From Deltaproteobacteria bacterium (GTDB lineage: Bacteria > Myxococcota > Kuafuiibacteriia > Kuafuiibacteriales > Kuafuiibacteriaceae): DNA of 64,000 nt. Below the pieces are notes generated by a model. It ran no database searches. It was not told the DNA's origin and was given only the letters and a program-made list of their open reading frames with translations. Below, piece by piece: positions 18,937 to 29,695 of the stretch. The stretch is from contig JAVJQW010000017.1 of assembly GCA_040218735.1 (NCBI GenBank), positions 96,001 through 160,000 on the forward strand, given 5' to 3'. Numbering within the stretch: the stretch's first letter is position 1; every line of letters begins with the position of its first letter. The translations under genes were made by a program, and so were the position numbers.

Positions 18937-19614
18937 CTACATCGACCGCTTCTTGGGGCGCATGCTCTCGCGGGTGCTCGGATCCGCAGGCTCGCTCGGC
19001 TTGGAAGGATCGGCCTTCTTCGCCGCCGGAGCCTCCTGGTCGGAGTCCCCACTTCGCGTCTCGACCGCCTCGGCCGGGTCCTCCACCTGCTCGTCCTGCT
19101 CCTCGCGGAACCGGTCGAAGGCCTCCTTGCTGAAGACCTTGGAGCCCTCCGCCATCGCGTCCTTGAAGATCTTGCTGAGGTCCTCGCGGGACAGCTCCGG
19201 GCGCTCGAAGTAGGCGATGGTGAGCTGCCCGAAGCCCCACGTGATCGCGAAGGAGGAGGCCGCGCTCGCGGCCGTCAGCACCCACTTCGCCGGCGGGAGG
19301 AGGTTCTTGAGCGCGGAGATCGCGACGTGCCCCGCGAGCGTGAGGCCCCCGATCGCGCCGAGCTCCACCGCGACGCGCTTCGCCTCGGTCGCGGACAGGT
19401 CGCGGCCGAAGATCTTCCCCACGGTCATCACCATGGTGGTGTGGATGGGCAGCAAGAGCGCGAGGTCGACGAGGGGGACGGGCACCGCCTGCGACGCCGC
19501 CGAGGCGTACGCGGCGATCGCAACGACCTCCCCGCCCTTGACGGAGCGCTCTTCGTCGGAGGCCTTGCTCCAGTCGCGCTCACGGATCTCCGCGAAGGTG
19601 TCGAGCCAGGACAT
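18937..19614 (-). CDS. DUF697/YcjF-like protein
   Basis: AVPVPLVDLALLLPIHTTMVMTVGKIFG motif followed by hydrophobic helices. Confidence 0.75.
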   Translation of the reverse strand: MSWLDTFAEIRERDWSKASDEERSVKGGEVVAIAAYASAASQAVPVPLVDLALLLPIHTTMVMTVGKIFGRDLSATEAKRVAVELGAIGGLTLAGHVAISALKNLLPPAKWVLTAASAASSFAITWGFGQLTIAYFERPELSREDLSKIFKDAMAEGSKVFSKEAFDRFREEQDEQVEDPAEAVETRSGDSDQEAPAAKKADPSKPSEPADPSTRESMRPKKRSM

Positions 19615-19651
19615 CGCGAAGAGTTCTACAGCAGGGGGCGGAACCCGGCTA

Positions 19652-20470
19652 TTAGAACGTGTACTTGAAGTTCACGACCTCGATGGCGAGGCCGGGGATG
19701 AAGTCCGCGCCGGCGAAGATGGCCGTGAAGCGCAGGTTCGAGCCGATCGTGAAGCCGTCGAGGAGCGTGTACAGCTCGGTGCCGACGGAGAGGCCGGCGA
19801 TCCCGCCGATGCCGAGGCCGCCGGAGTCGGGCAGCGCGCCGTTGATGCCGGGGCCGGTCGCGGCGGGCGCGAGCGGGTCCGGGTTGAGCAGCGCGAGGCC
19901 GCCGTCGAGGCCGAAGACCAGACCGACACGATCCGCGACGCGGAGGCTGCCCTTGAAGGCGACGCCCGTCTGAATCACCGAGTAGTCGTTCGGGTACGTG
20001 TTCGGATCGACGTTGGGATCGTCGTTCGCCGTCGCCGTGCCGGAGCCGCCGTTGAGCAGCATCGCGAAGCGAAGGCCACCGGAGAGCGCGAAGTCCGGGG
20101 TGTCGACGAGGTCGTAACCCGCGACGATGCCGTAGTACGGCTGGATGTTCGACGTGGGCCGCGTGGGGAGCGGACGCAGCGGGCTGTTCGTGTTCGTCCC
20201 GCCGAAGCGGAAGTAGATGCCGAAGTCACCGCTGACGAACACACCGCGGCGCACTGCGAGCGGCGTCGACGCGTCGTCCTCGACCTTCATCGCGTCGCCG
20301 GTCGCGGCGGCTTCGCCCCCTTCACCTTCTTCGGCGTCTTCGGATTCGGACGCGTCGCCCGCCTCCATCGTCTCTTCGGTCTCGGTGCCTTCCGCCTCGT
20401 CGTCCTGCGCGAAGGAAACGGCAGGAATCAGCATCGAAAGGGCGAAAGCAGCAAGGTAGGGGCTCCGCAT
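19652..20470 (-). CDS. gltH: Outer-membrane beta-barrel, GltH/CglE(NfsH)-like
   Basis: Signal peptide, acidic linker, RRGVFVSGDFG first strand, terminal KYTF; sits directly after gltG. Confidence 0.6.
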   Translation of the reverse strand: MRSPYLAAFALSMLIPAVSFAQDDEAEGTETEETMEAGDASESEDAEEGEGGEAAATGDAMKVEDDASTPLAVRRGVFVSGDFGIYFRFGGTNTNSPLRPLPTRPTSNIQPYYGIVAGYDLVDTPDFALSGGLRFAMLLNGGSGTATANDDPNVDPNTYPNDYSVIQTGVAFKGSLRVADRVGLVFGLDGGLALLNPDPLAPAATGPGINGALPDSGGLGIGGIAGLSVGTELYTLLDGFTIGSNLRFTAIFAGADFIPGLAIEVVNFKYTF

Positions 20471-20568
20471 TTCGGGCGCGACCATTCCAGACGGCACGTA
20501 CGAATTCAAGTGCGAAAACGGCTCACCGCCGATGTCCGTACGTGGGTCTTGTCGAGGGTTTCAGGCAA

Positions 20569-20623
20569 GGCGGCCGCAGGACGCGGCCGCCCGAGCGCGC
20601 GGCCGCAGACAGATGCGGCCGCT
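20569..20623. repeat. Twin hairpins built from four GCGGCCGC palindromes
   Basis: GCGGCCGC at 20570, 20583, 20599 and 20615, just downstream of the gltG stop. Confidence 0.75.
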
Positions 20624-20640
20624 CGAGAGGAAGACCCGAA

Positions 20641-22584
20641 TCAGGTCGCGGCGAAGACGAAGGGGTACGTCACGACCACGATGCCGCCACCACGCGGCTT
20701 CGGGAACTTCAGCGAACGCATGACCTTCACGGTGCACGCCTCGACCGTCTTGTCGTTCATCGACGTCTCGCGGACCTTCGCCGCCGCCACCGATCCGGTC
20801 GGCGCGATGGTGAAGTAGATGGAGATCTTACCCGAGAGGTTCGGGTTCGCGTTGAGCTGCTTCTCGTAGCAGTACTTGAAGCGCGCCAGGTTACGGCGAA
20901 TCACGCGACCGATCTCTTCCTTCGACAGCGAGCCCTTGATGATCGTGCGGCCGGGGACGATGCGGGTCGTGCCCTTACCGCGACCACCGAGGTCGATGTT
21001 GCCGTAGCCGCCGGTGCCGCGGCCGTGGCCGTGCGTGCCGAGGCCGCCGATGCCGAGCGAGTTGCCGCCGCCGCCCGCGCCCGTGCCGCGGGTGCCGAGG
21101 CCGCCGGCGCCGCCGGCGTCGCCCATGGCCGTGCCGCGGAGGCCGCCCATGGCGTTGTTGATGCCGGTGCCGAGGCCGCCGGGCCCGAAGACGTTGGAGA
21201 CCGCGCCGGCCTCGCCCGCACCCTTGAGGATGCCGAGCAGACCCGAGTTCATCGCGATCTTACGGTCCTTCTCACGCTTGTTCGGGTCGACGCGCGGGGC
21301 GCCGGCCTTCGACGCGAGGGCGTCCTTCTTCGGCTTGTCCTTCTTTCCGAACTTGCCTTCCTCGCCCTTGTGCTTGGCGCCGCCCTTCATGCCGGAGAGG
21401 TCGAGCTTCTTGCGCTTCTTCTCCTCCTCCGGAGCCTTGAGGATCATCTGCGCGAACCGGTTCTGGTTCTTGAACAGCTCGTCGACCATCGACGAGTTCG
21501 TGTGGGGCGTGATGAACGCGGCCGCCACGAAGAAGATGTGCAGGAGCGCCGAGATGGCGAACACACGCGGGAAGTACCAGTCCATCACCGCGCCGGCACC
21601 GAACGCCGCGTTGCCGCGAACGTACTGCGCCATGACCGTCAGCGTCCCGCTCTTGTAGACGAGCCGCTCGCCCATCTTGAGCTGGTAGGCCTTCGCCGGG
21701 AACGGCGCGTCGGTCGGGCTCAGCGACACATCGGTCGTCGTCGTCCCGTCCTTCTTGCGCAGCCCGACCTTCGCATCCGCCGGAACGACGATCTGCGCCT
21801 CGGTCCCCTGGTTCACCGCGATCGTGAAGTTGTCCGCGGGGAGCGCGTCGACCTCGAGGTCGTACTTCCGGCCGCCCTGCAGCTGGAAGCCGGAGGGGCG
21901 AATGCCCGCGGTGATGGCGCGCGGCTGCGCGACCTCGGCCGCGTCGAGCACGGTGTCGCCCCAGAGGAACGTCACCTCGAGCGCGTGCTGCTCGTTCGTC
22001 GGCTCGTTCTTCTCGCCGAGCGGCGTCGTCAGCAGATGAGGTTCGAAGTCGTCGTTTTCTTTGACCACGTTTGTGTTCGCTTTCCGTTCCCGAATGCGCT
22101 GGGTCGGCAGGTCCGCCCCAGGCTTTTGAACTGGCTCGGCGGAGGCCTTCACCTCCGGCGTCGCAGCGACCGGAGCCGCCGCTTTCGGTGCTTCGTCTGC
22201 GGCAACCGTCGCGTCTTCGTCGACGAGGTCCGCCACGCGCGGCGCCGCCGGCGTACCCGCCTGATTTGCGGGTACGGCAGCGCCGAGCTGGGTGATGGTC
22301 AGCTTGACGCCGCCCACCGCGATCTCGTCGCCCATCTTCAGCGTCGTCGGCTCGGTCACGGGGTTGCCGTTGACCGTCGTGCCGCCTTCGCTCCCCAGAT
22401 CGATGATCGTGACCTCACCCTCGGGCGTGACCTTGACGACCGCGTGAATGGACGAGACGTCCGGGTCGTCGAGGCGCAGGACCGCAGAGGGCCCACTCCC
22501 GATCAGGATGCTGTCGCTGTCGAAGACGGCGTCCGACGTCTTGCCGTCCGCCGCTGCGATCTGGAGTCCGATGGTGTTCGACAT
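20641..22584 (-). CDS. gltG: Gliding motility protein GltG (FHA, TM, TonB-C/AgmX-PglI domain)
   Basis: N-terminal FHA (VSSIHA, DLGSEGGTTVNG), TM with SALLH, AKHKGEEGKFG, Gly-rich region, C-terminal YCYEKQL...FPKPRGGGIVVVTYPFVF. Confidence 0.88.
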   Translation of the reverse strand: MSNTIGLQIAAADGKTSDAVFDSDSILIGSGPSAVLRLDDPDVSSIHAVVKVTPEGEVTIIDLGSEGGTTVNGNPVTEPTTLKMGDEIAVGGVKLTITQLGAAVPANQAGTPAAPRVADLVDEDATVAADEAPKAAAPVAATPEVKASAEPVQKPGADLPTQRIRERKANTNVVKENDDFEPHLLTTPLGEKNEPTNEQHALEVTFLWGDTVLDAAEVAQPRAITAGIRPSGFQLQGGRKYDLEVDALPADNFTIAVNQGTEAQIVVPADAKVGLRKKDGTTTTDVSLSPTDAPFPAKAYQLKMGERLVYKSGTLTVMAQYVRGNAAFGAGAVMDWYFPRVFAISALLHIFFVAAAFITPHTNSSMVDELFKNQNRFAQMILKAPEEEKKRKKLDLSGMKGGAKHKGEEGKFGKKDKPKKDALASKAGAPRVDPNKREKDRKIAMNSGLLGILKGAGEAGAVSNVFGPGGLGTGINNAMGGLRGTAMGDAGGAGGLGTRGTGAGGGGNSLGIGGLGTHGHGRGTGGYGNIDLGGRGKGTTRIVPGRTIIKGSLSKEEIGRVIRRNLARFKYCYEKQLNANPNLSGKISIYFTIAPTGSVAAAKVRETSMNDKTVEACTVKVMRSLKFPKPRGGGIVVVTYPFVFAAT

Positions 22585-22594
22585 CAGGTCGTCC

Positions 22595-22867
22595 TCAGAG
22601 GTTGTCTGTCGAGTTGAACAACTCCGGGAGGAAGTTGGCGCGGACCTTCAGGAGCGAAGTGAACTTCGTCTTCTTGCGGTTGAGCAGGTACGAGCCCTCG
22701 GGCTTCGTCAGCTCACCCTGAATGGTGACGTCCGAGAAGTCGATCACCGTCTTCTTCTTGAACTCGGTCCGGTCGGCCTCGCGAACCACGCCGCCCTCTT
22801 GGGCGAACGCAGCGCCGGCAAACGCCAACGTCATCGCCACCATCAGAATCTGAATCGAACGCTTCAT
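22595..22867 (-). CDS. gltF: Gliding motility protein GltF/CglF
   Basis: Signal peptide plus KKTVIDFSDVTIQGELTKPEGSY...VRANFLPEL; lies between gltE and gltG. Confidence 0.88.
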   Translation of the reverse strand: MKRSIQILMVAMTLAFAGAAFAQEGGVVREADRTEFKKKTVIDFSDVTIQGELTKPEGSYLLNRKKTKFTSLLKVRANFLPELFNSTDNL

Positions 22868-23034
22868 TCCTTCGATGCTCCTCGCCTCCGGTCCTTCCGT
22901 AGGTCCAGGGTGCTCTTTTCGACACCCGATCCCACTTCAGGGTTCCGGTAATCGCTCATCTGTCCGTCGATTTCGAATCGGTCAGCAGACTGAGCGGTGT
23001 CCTTGTACCGAAAATCACTGGCCTCGGCACGCGA

Positions 23035-24378
<1,344 letters not shown>

Positions 24379-24385
24379 CGTCAAA

Positions 24386-27300
24386 TTACTCCCGCGCACC
24401 CGTGGCCGCCTCGGCCTCTTCGGCCGCAGCATCGCCCTCACCGGCGTCCATGGTGTCGACCTCTTCGGCCGGCTCTTCTTCCATCATCTCGCCGCCGGCG
24501 GGCGCCGCACGGACGTCCGCGACGATGAACCCTTCGGCCCCGCGGAACTTGCGCTTCTGCAGGTCCGGGAACTTGTTCGGGTTCAGCTCCTTGAGGTTGC
24601 CCTGCGAGGTCAGCGTGCACTCGTTGTAGATGTTCAGCTCGTAGGCCTTGTCGAGCGCGCGCTCGAACGCGCCGATCGCCTTCTCCTCCGGACCGAGCGC
24701 GACCGTGTCGAGCTCCGCGCGGTAGATTTCGAGCTGGTCGTCGGTCAGTCGCCGCGGCAGCGGCGCGTTCCGAATCGAGTTCGCCATCTCGCGGTACACC
24801 TGGCCCATGCGGGTCAGCGCGCAGATACCGTAGTCGCCGTTTCCGTACTCGAGGACCGCCAGGTACTTACCGGGCGACTTGCACTTGTTGCCGCCCGAGT
24901 CGACGCAGGCGAGCGCCTCGGCGCCGGCGAGCTTCTTCTGGAGCGTCTTGCGGTTCAGCGTCAGCTTCATGTTCTTGAAGCCGGTCCACTCACCCTCGAG
25001 GAGCTCGAACGCCGCGTGCGCGCCGGCGAGGCGGGCGCCGTCCGCGTCCTGATCCTTCTTCTTGAGCTTCGGGTACTGCTTGACGAGCGCCGTGTACTCC
25101 TTGAGCGCGTCGCGGCGCTTGCCGAGCTTCTCGTGGGCGAGCGCCACGCGGTAACGCGACTCGAACTTCTTCGCGGCCGAGGCCTTCGCGTACTTCTTCG
25201 AGAAGTCGTCGAAGCACTTCAGCGCCTTCTTCCAGTCCTTGCCGGCCTCGTGCAGCTCGCAGATGCGCCAGTAAACGAGCGCGGCGTCGTCCTTCTTCTT
25301 GAACTCCTTGGTGTACTCGGTGAACTGGTCGATCGCCTTGTCGCGGTCGCCGAGGCCCTCGTAGTACAGGCCGGAGTTGTAGAGGGCGTCCGCCGCCTTC
25401 TCGTCCTTGTCGTAGTCCTTGTAGTACTTGCCGTACAGCTGCGCGGAGCGCTCGAAGTCGGCGATGCGCTCGTAGAACTCGGCGAGTAGCCAGTCGTTCT
25501 TGATGGCGAGGTCCGACTTCTCGTACTTGCGCTTCATCAGCTCCGACGCCTCGATCGCGTGGTCGAGCTCGTCCGCCTGGTTGTAGATGAGGACCGCCGA
25601 GTAGATCGCCTTGTCGGCGTACTGCGAATCCGGGAAGTCCTTCTGGAACTGCGAGAACCGCGTCGCGATCGTCGCGAGCGCCTCTTCCTTCGCCACGGGA
25701 TCGCCCAGGTCGCGCGCCTTCTTCTCACCCGTCTGAATCGACAGGTACGTCGCGCCCTCGAGGATCGTCTGGACCTCTTCCTGGAACTTCTTGTCGCCGC
25801 GCGACAGCTTCTTGTTGTCCTTGAACCCGCGCGCGTAGCCGGCGAGCTCGTCCCACTTCTTCTGCACGTTGAGCGAGTCGAGGATCAGGTTCGCGGCCTT
25901 CTTGGAGAGCTTGTCGCCAGGCCACCGCTCGATGATCTCGTTGTACCGCTCGGCGGCCGCCACGAAGTGGTTGTGCTTGTAGTACAGGTACGCCGCCTTG
26001 AACTTGATCGCGGGGAGCTCGTTGTCCTTCGGATCCGCGATCTTGAAGTAGAGGTCGCACGCCTGGGAGAGGCGGAGCTCGTCCTCGGGGATCGGCTCTT
26101 CGTCGTACTTCTTGCCCTCCTGCAGACCCGCCAGCTTGATCTGCGTGGTCCGCGACGCCTCCGACTTACCCTTCGCCTTCTTCTCGACGACCTTCATCGA
26201 GCGGTCGAGCTTGCCTTCCTTACCCTCGGCGATGACCTTCTCGTACGCGAGGATGGCGTTGTACGCGGCGGTCCGCGCGTACTTGCCGGCGGCCTTCTTG
26301 TCGGGCTGCGTGGTCGCGACCTTCGTGTAGATGTCCGCGGCCTTCTTCCACTCCTTCAGCGCCCAGAGCACCTCGCCGTAGAAGAAGCGCAGCTCGTACG
26401 CGGAGTCGGTGTTGCTGAACGCCTCCAGGTACTTCGCGTAGATGTCGCGCGCGAGCTCGTAGGTCGGCACGTCCTTACGCTTCTGCGCGTCGCGGTGGTA
26501 CTCGGTGACGAGGTCGCGGAGCTTGCTCTCGGTCAGGTCGTACGCGTACTCGAGCGACGCCTTGCCGTCGTCGCCGCGGTCCTGCTGGTAGCGGTACCAA
26601 GGCGTGCCGGGGCGGTACAGGTCGACGAGGCGCTCGACCTCCTTGCGGACCTTCTCCTTCTTGTTGAGCTGCGAGTACGCCTCGACGATCGACGCCTGCA
26701 GGTAGGGCGACTTGTCGTGCATCGGGTACTTGTCGATGAGCATGCGGTACGTCTTGATCTCGAGGTTCCACTTACCTTGGTCGTGGAACAGCGCACCGAG
26801 CTTCGTCGTGTAGCGGATCGCGATGTCCTCGCTGCCCTTCTTCTTGAAGTAGGCGAACGCGGTGTCGGTCTCGTCGACGTACGAGAAGAAGCGCGCGAGG
26901 TCGCCGAGCGCCTCCGCCTTCAGCTGGACGGACTTCTTGTCGCCGGCCTTCTCGGAGCGGTCGATGACCTCCTTCAGCTTGGTGATGCCCGCGCCGTACT
27001 CCTGGATGTTGTAGTCGCACCACGCGAGCTTGTAGAGCGCGTAGTTGTAGATGCGGTTGCTCTTCGCAGCGAGCGCACGCTCCAGCGCCTTGCGCGCCTT
27101 CATCACGTTGTTGTCGTTGAAGAAGTGCTCGCCGAGCTGCAGGTACGCGTCCGGCACCAGGCGGCTCTTGGGGAACTGCTTGATGAGCGTCCAGTAGTGG
27201 GAGACGGCCTTCTTCTTGTTGCCCGCTTCGTACTCGTTGTAGCCCAGGTAGAAGAGGACCTCGTCGTTGCGCTCGTACGTCGGGTACTCGGTCATCACCT

Positions 27301-27865
27301 TTTCGTAGAGCTTCAGAGCGTTCTGCTTGATGAGCTCGGACTTACGCAGGAAGTCCTTGATCTTCGGCGGGTCACCGCGCTGCCCCGCGTCCGCCCACTC
27401 GTTGTACGACTTCTCGTACGTGTCCATCTCGAGGCCGTACTTGTACTTGGACTTCTCCCAGTACAGCTCGGCGAGACGGAAGATCATCTCGGCCTTGCGG
27501 CTCGACGGTGCTTTCGGGATGAGCTTCTTCAGCTCTTCGATCGCCTCGTCGCGCTTCTTGTCGGCCTGCTGCGTGCGCGCGACCGCTTTTTGGTCGAGCT
27601 CGGTCTCGACCTTGAACGACGCGGCACCCGCGCGCGCGAAGGGATCGTCCTTCTTCTTGGCGTCAGCGGGCGCTTCCGCCTTCGCCTCCTCGACCTTCTT
27701 CTTCTTCTTCTTCTTCGTGCGACGCTTCTTCTTACGTCGACGCTTCTTCTTGGCGATGGCCTCTGTGGGCCAGGCGCCCTCCGTGACGAAGCCCACGACC
27801 GCCGTGAGGCCGAGGATCAGGAAGAGCTGCCGGAGCAGGGTGAGAAGACGAAAGCGATGCAACAT
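24386..27865 (-). CDS. gltD: Gliding motility TPR protein GltD (AgmU)
   Basis: About 1160-aa secreted TPR protein; FRLAELYWEKSK, YKLAWC, APLPRRLTDDQLEIYRAEL, KAYELNIYNE; start ATG 27865 with SD GAGGT. Confidence 0.85.
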   Translation of the reverse strand: MLHRFRLLTLLRQLFLILGLTAVVGFVTEGAWPTEAIAKKKRRRKKKRRTKKKKKKKVEEAKAEAPADAKKKDDPFARAGAASFKVETELDQKAVARTQQADKKRDEAIEELKKLIPKAPSSRKAEMIFRLAELYWEKSKYKYGLEMDTYEKSYNEWADAGQRGDPPKIKDFLRKSELIKQNALKLYEKVMTEYPTYERNDEVLFYLGYNEYEAGNKKKAVSHYWTLIKQFPKSRLVPDAYLQLGEHFFNDNNVMKARKALERALAAKSNRIYNYALYKLAWCDYNIQEYGAGITKLKEVIDRSEKAGDKKSVQLKAEALGDLARFFSYVDETDTAFAYFKKKGSEDIAIRYTTKLGALFHDQGKWNLEIKTYRMLIDKYPMHDKSPYLQASIVEAYSQLNKKEKVRKEVERLVDLYRPGTPWYRYQQDRGDDGKASLEYAYDLTESKLRDLVTEYHRDAQKRKDVPTYELARDIYAKYLEAFSNTDSAYELRFFYGEVLWALKEWKKAADIYTKVATTQPDKKAAGKYARTAAYNAILAYEKVIAEGKEGKLDRSMKVVEKKAKGKSEASRTTQIKLAGLQEGKKYDEEPIPEDELRLSQACDLYFKIADPKDNELPAIKFKAAYLYYKHNHFVAAAERYNEIIERWPGDKLSKKAANLILDSLNVQKKWDELAGYARGFKDNKKLSRGDKKFQEEVQTILEGATYLSIQTGEKKARDLGDPVAKEEALATIATRFSQFQKDFPDSQYADKAIYSAVLIYNQADELDHAIEASELMKRKYEKSDLAIKNDWLLAEFYERIADFERSAQLYGKYYKDYDKDEKAADALYNSGLYYEGLGDRDKAIDQFTEYTKEFKKKDDAALVYWRICELHEAGKDWKKALKCFDDFSKKYAKASAAKKFESRYRVALAHEKLGKRRDALKEYTALVKQYPKLKKKDQDADGARLAGAHAAFELLEGEWTGFKNMKLTLNRKTLQKKLAGAEALACVDSGGNKCKSPGKYLAVLEYGNGDYGICALTRMGQVYREMANSIRNAPLPRRLTDDQLEIYRAELDTVALGPEEKAIGAFERALDKAYELNIYNECTLTSQGNLKELNPNKFPDLQKRKFRGAEGFIVADVRAAPAGGEMMEEEPAEEVDTMDAGEGDAAAEEAEAATGARE

Positions 27866-28134
27866 ACGCGGGATACCTCGTGCTTCGGGGCTTCGAAGCC
27901 CCAAACGAATGCGGACCATGCCCGACAGATCCTGGGCTCGGGACCCGTCGGACGACCGATGCGCCATTCTTTGAGGGAGGGCGTACCGGACGGTCAAGAC
28001 CGAATCCCGGCTCATGAGCACGAGTCGGCGCCGACTGTCGGAATGAATCACCTGATGTGGGACATTGAGCTGACGCGCTGCGCCAGATGGCGCGGCGGGG
28101 AACTTCGAAACTGGGGACGGGGGAGATGAATGGG

Positions 28135-28157
28135 GACGGGGAACGGCGCTCCCCGTC
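28135..28157. other. GC-rich hairpin after gltC (possible terminator or stabiliser)
   Basis: GACGGGGAA-CGGCG-CTCCCCGTC; no clear U-tract. Confidence 0.45.
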
Positions 28158-28181
28158 GCGCTTCGCGCTCAGGGAGCGCTG

Positions 28182-29693
28182 CTACTGGAACACGGCCTCG
28201 ATGCACTCGTCCTTGATCGAGTGCTCGTAGTACCCGAGCTCGTCGATCCAGTACTCGCCGAGGAACGCCCAGTACTGGAACTTGGCGTTCGGCACGATCG
28301 GGCGCGGACCCTTGGCGCGCGGCCCCTTCGTGATGTCCTTACCGGCCTCGAGCATCTTGCGCTCGGCGTCCGCCGTCTCGAACTTGATGATGCGCGCCTG
28401 GTTCAGGAAGTCGTCGAGGAAGACCGCCTCGCGGCGGAGCTGGTCGCGCACCAGCTTGCCGGTGAGCGCCACGCGCTGCTCGCGCTGGTCCTCGAGCAGA
28501 CCGATCAGCTGAGCCTTGAACCCGCCCTCCGGGAACGACGACTTCGCCTTGCCGAGCTCGGCGTCCACTTCGCGGACCTGCGAGAGGAACTTCTGGAAGC
28601 GACGGTTGTTCGAGAGCTGCAGCCGGATCTCCGACGGGAACTTGTCGTTACCGTCCACCACCAGCTCGACCATCTCGGCGTCCGTCTGGTCGCCGTCGAG
28701 CCAGGGCTTCAGTTTCTCGGACATCGGCTCGTAGAGCGCGAAGAAGTCGTCGAGCGCGCTCCGCACGCGATCGAAGTGGCACATCTGGAAGTACGTCGTC
28801 GCCTTCAGGACGAACGACTCCGCGCGGTACCGGTCGTCGAAGTACGGCGACTGGATCGAGTGCACCATCCCGAGCGCCTTACCGAACTGCGCGTTCTGGT
28901 AGTACGCCCAGCCCGACTCGAACATCGCGTCGTACCAGTCCTCCGAGAAACGCGGCACCTTCTCGTAGTAGTTCACGCTGTCCTGGAAGGAGCCCTGCGA
29001 GAAGTACGCGCGCGCCTTACCGAGGAGCGCGAGGCGGTACAGCTTCTTGTTCGAGTCGTCGGTCGCCGCAGCGAGCGCTTCCTCGATCTCCGAGAAGTGT
29101 TTGATCGCCTCGCCGTAGTCCTCGGCGCCCTGCTCCGTCGCCGTCTTCACGGCCATGATCGCCAGGAGGTAGCGCGCCTTGATGTAATACGGGGACGACG
29201 ACGTCACCGCTTCCAGGAACTGCTTCGCCTCCTGGTAGTCACCACGACGCTGCGAGATCATCCCGATCATGTAGTTGATCGAGTTGAGCTGCTCGGCCTT
29301 GAGCCGCGCGAACGCCTGCGAGTAGCCCTTGTTGACCACCTCGGGGATGAGCGTGTCGTCGCCGATCTCGTCCGCGACGTTCAGCAGCCCCTCGGTCGCC
29401 TTCAGGAAGTACGGGTGGTCCTCACCCTGGTTGAAGACCTCGCCGTAGAACTGGTACGCCGGCAGCAGGTACCCCGCCTTGTAGAGCGAGTGGGCGAGGT
29501 AGTACTCGGCCTTCACCTTCGCGTCCGGGTCGTCCGAGTTCTCCATCACGTCGTAGAACAGGAACGCGGCGTCCTCGTGTTTGTCCGAGTTGTACGCCTG
29601 GATCGCGCCGTCGATGTCCTGCGCGTTCGCGGCGCCGGCGACGTGCATCACGCCACCGAACACCAAGAGCGGAAGTGCTTTCGTTCGAAGCAT
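28182..29693 (-). CDS. gltC: Gliding motility TPR protein GltC
   Basis: Signal peptide, TPRs, C-terminal YWAFLGEYWIDELGYY...C motif; follows two barrel genes. Confidence 0.85.
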   Translation of the reverse strand: MLRTKALPLLVFGGVMHVAGAANAQDIDGAIQAYNSDKHEDAAFLFYDVMENSDDPDAKVKAEYYLAHSLYKAGYLLPAYQFYGEVFNQGEDHPYFLKATEGLLNVADEIGDDTLIPEVVNKGYSQAFARLKAEQLNSINYMIGMISQRRGDYQEAKQFLEAVTSSSPYYIKARYLLAIMAVKTATEQGAEDYGEAIKHFSEIEEALAAATDDSNKKLYRLALLGKARAYFSQGSFQDSVNYYEKVPRFSEDWYDAMFESGWAYYQNAQFGKALGMVHSIQSPYFDDRYRAESFVLKATTYFQMCHFDRVRSALDDFFALYEPMSEKLKPWLDGDQTDAEMVELVVDGNDKFPSEIRLQLSNNRRFQKFLSQVREVDAELGKAKSSFPEGGFKAQLIGLLEDQREQRVALTGKLVRDQLRREAVFLDDFLNQARIIKFETADAERKMLEAGKDITKGPRAKGPRPIVPNAKFQYWAFLGEYWIDELGYYEHSIKDECIEAVFQ

Positions 29694-29695
29694 CG

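Noticed and set aside
22868-23034. c-di-AMP or c-di-GMP riboswitch
   Set aside because: Lacks the conserved cores I recall (GUCAGCUAAC; GGCAAAC...GACGCAAAG); kept only as an unnamed structured spacer.
25559-28129. Long antisense ORFs (e.g. 25559..28129, 20542..22617, 37928..40183)
   Set aside because: They mirror well-supported genes on the opposite strand; stop-poor shadow frames are expected at this GC content.
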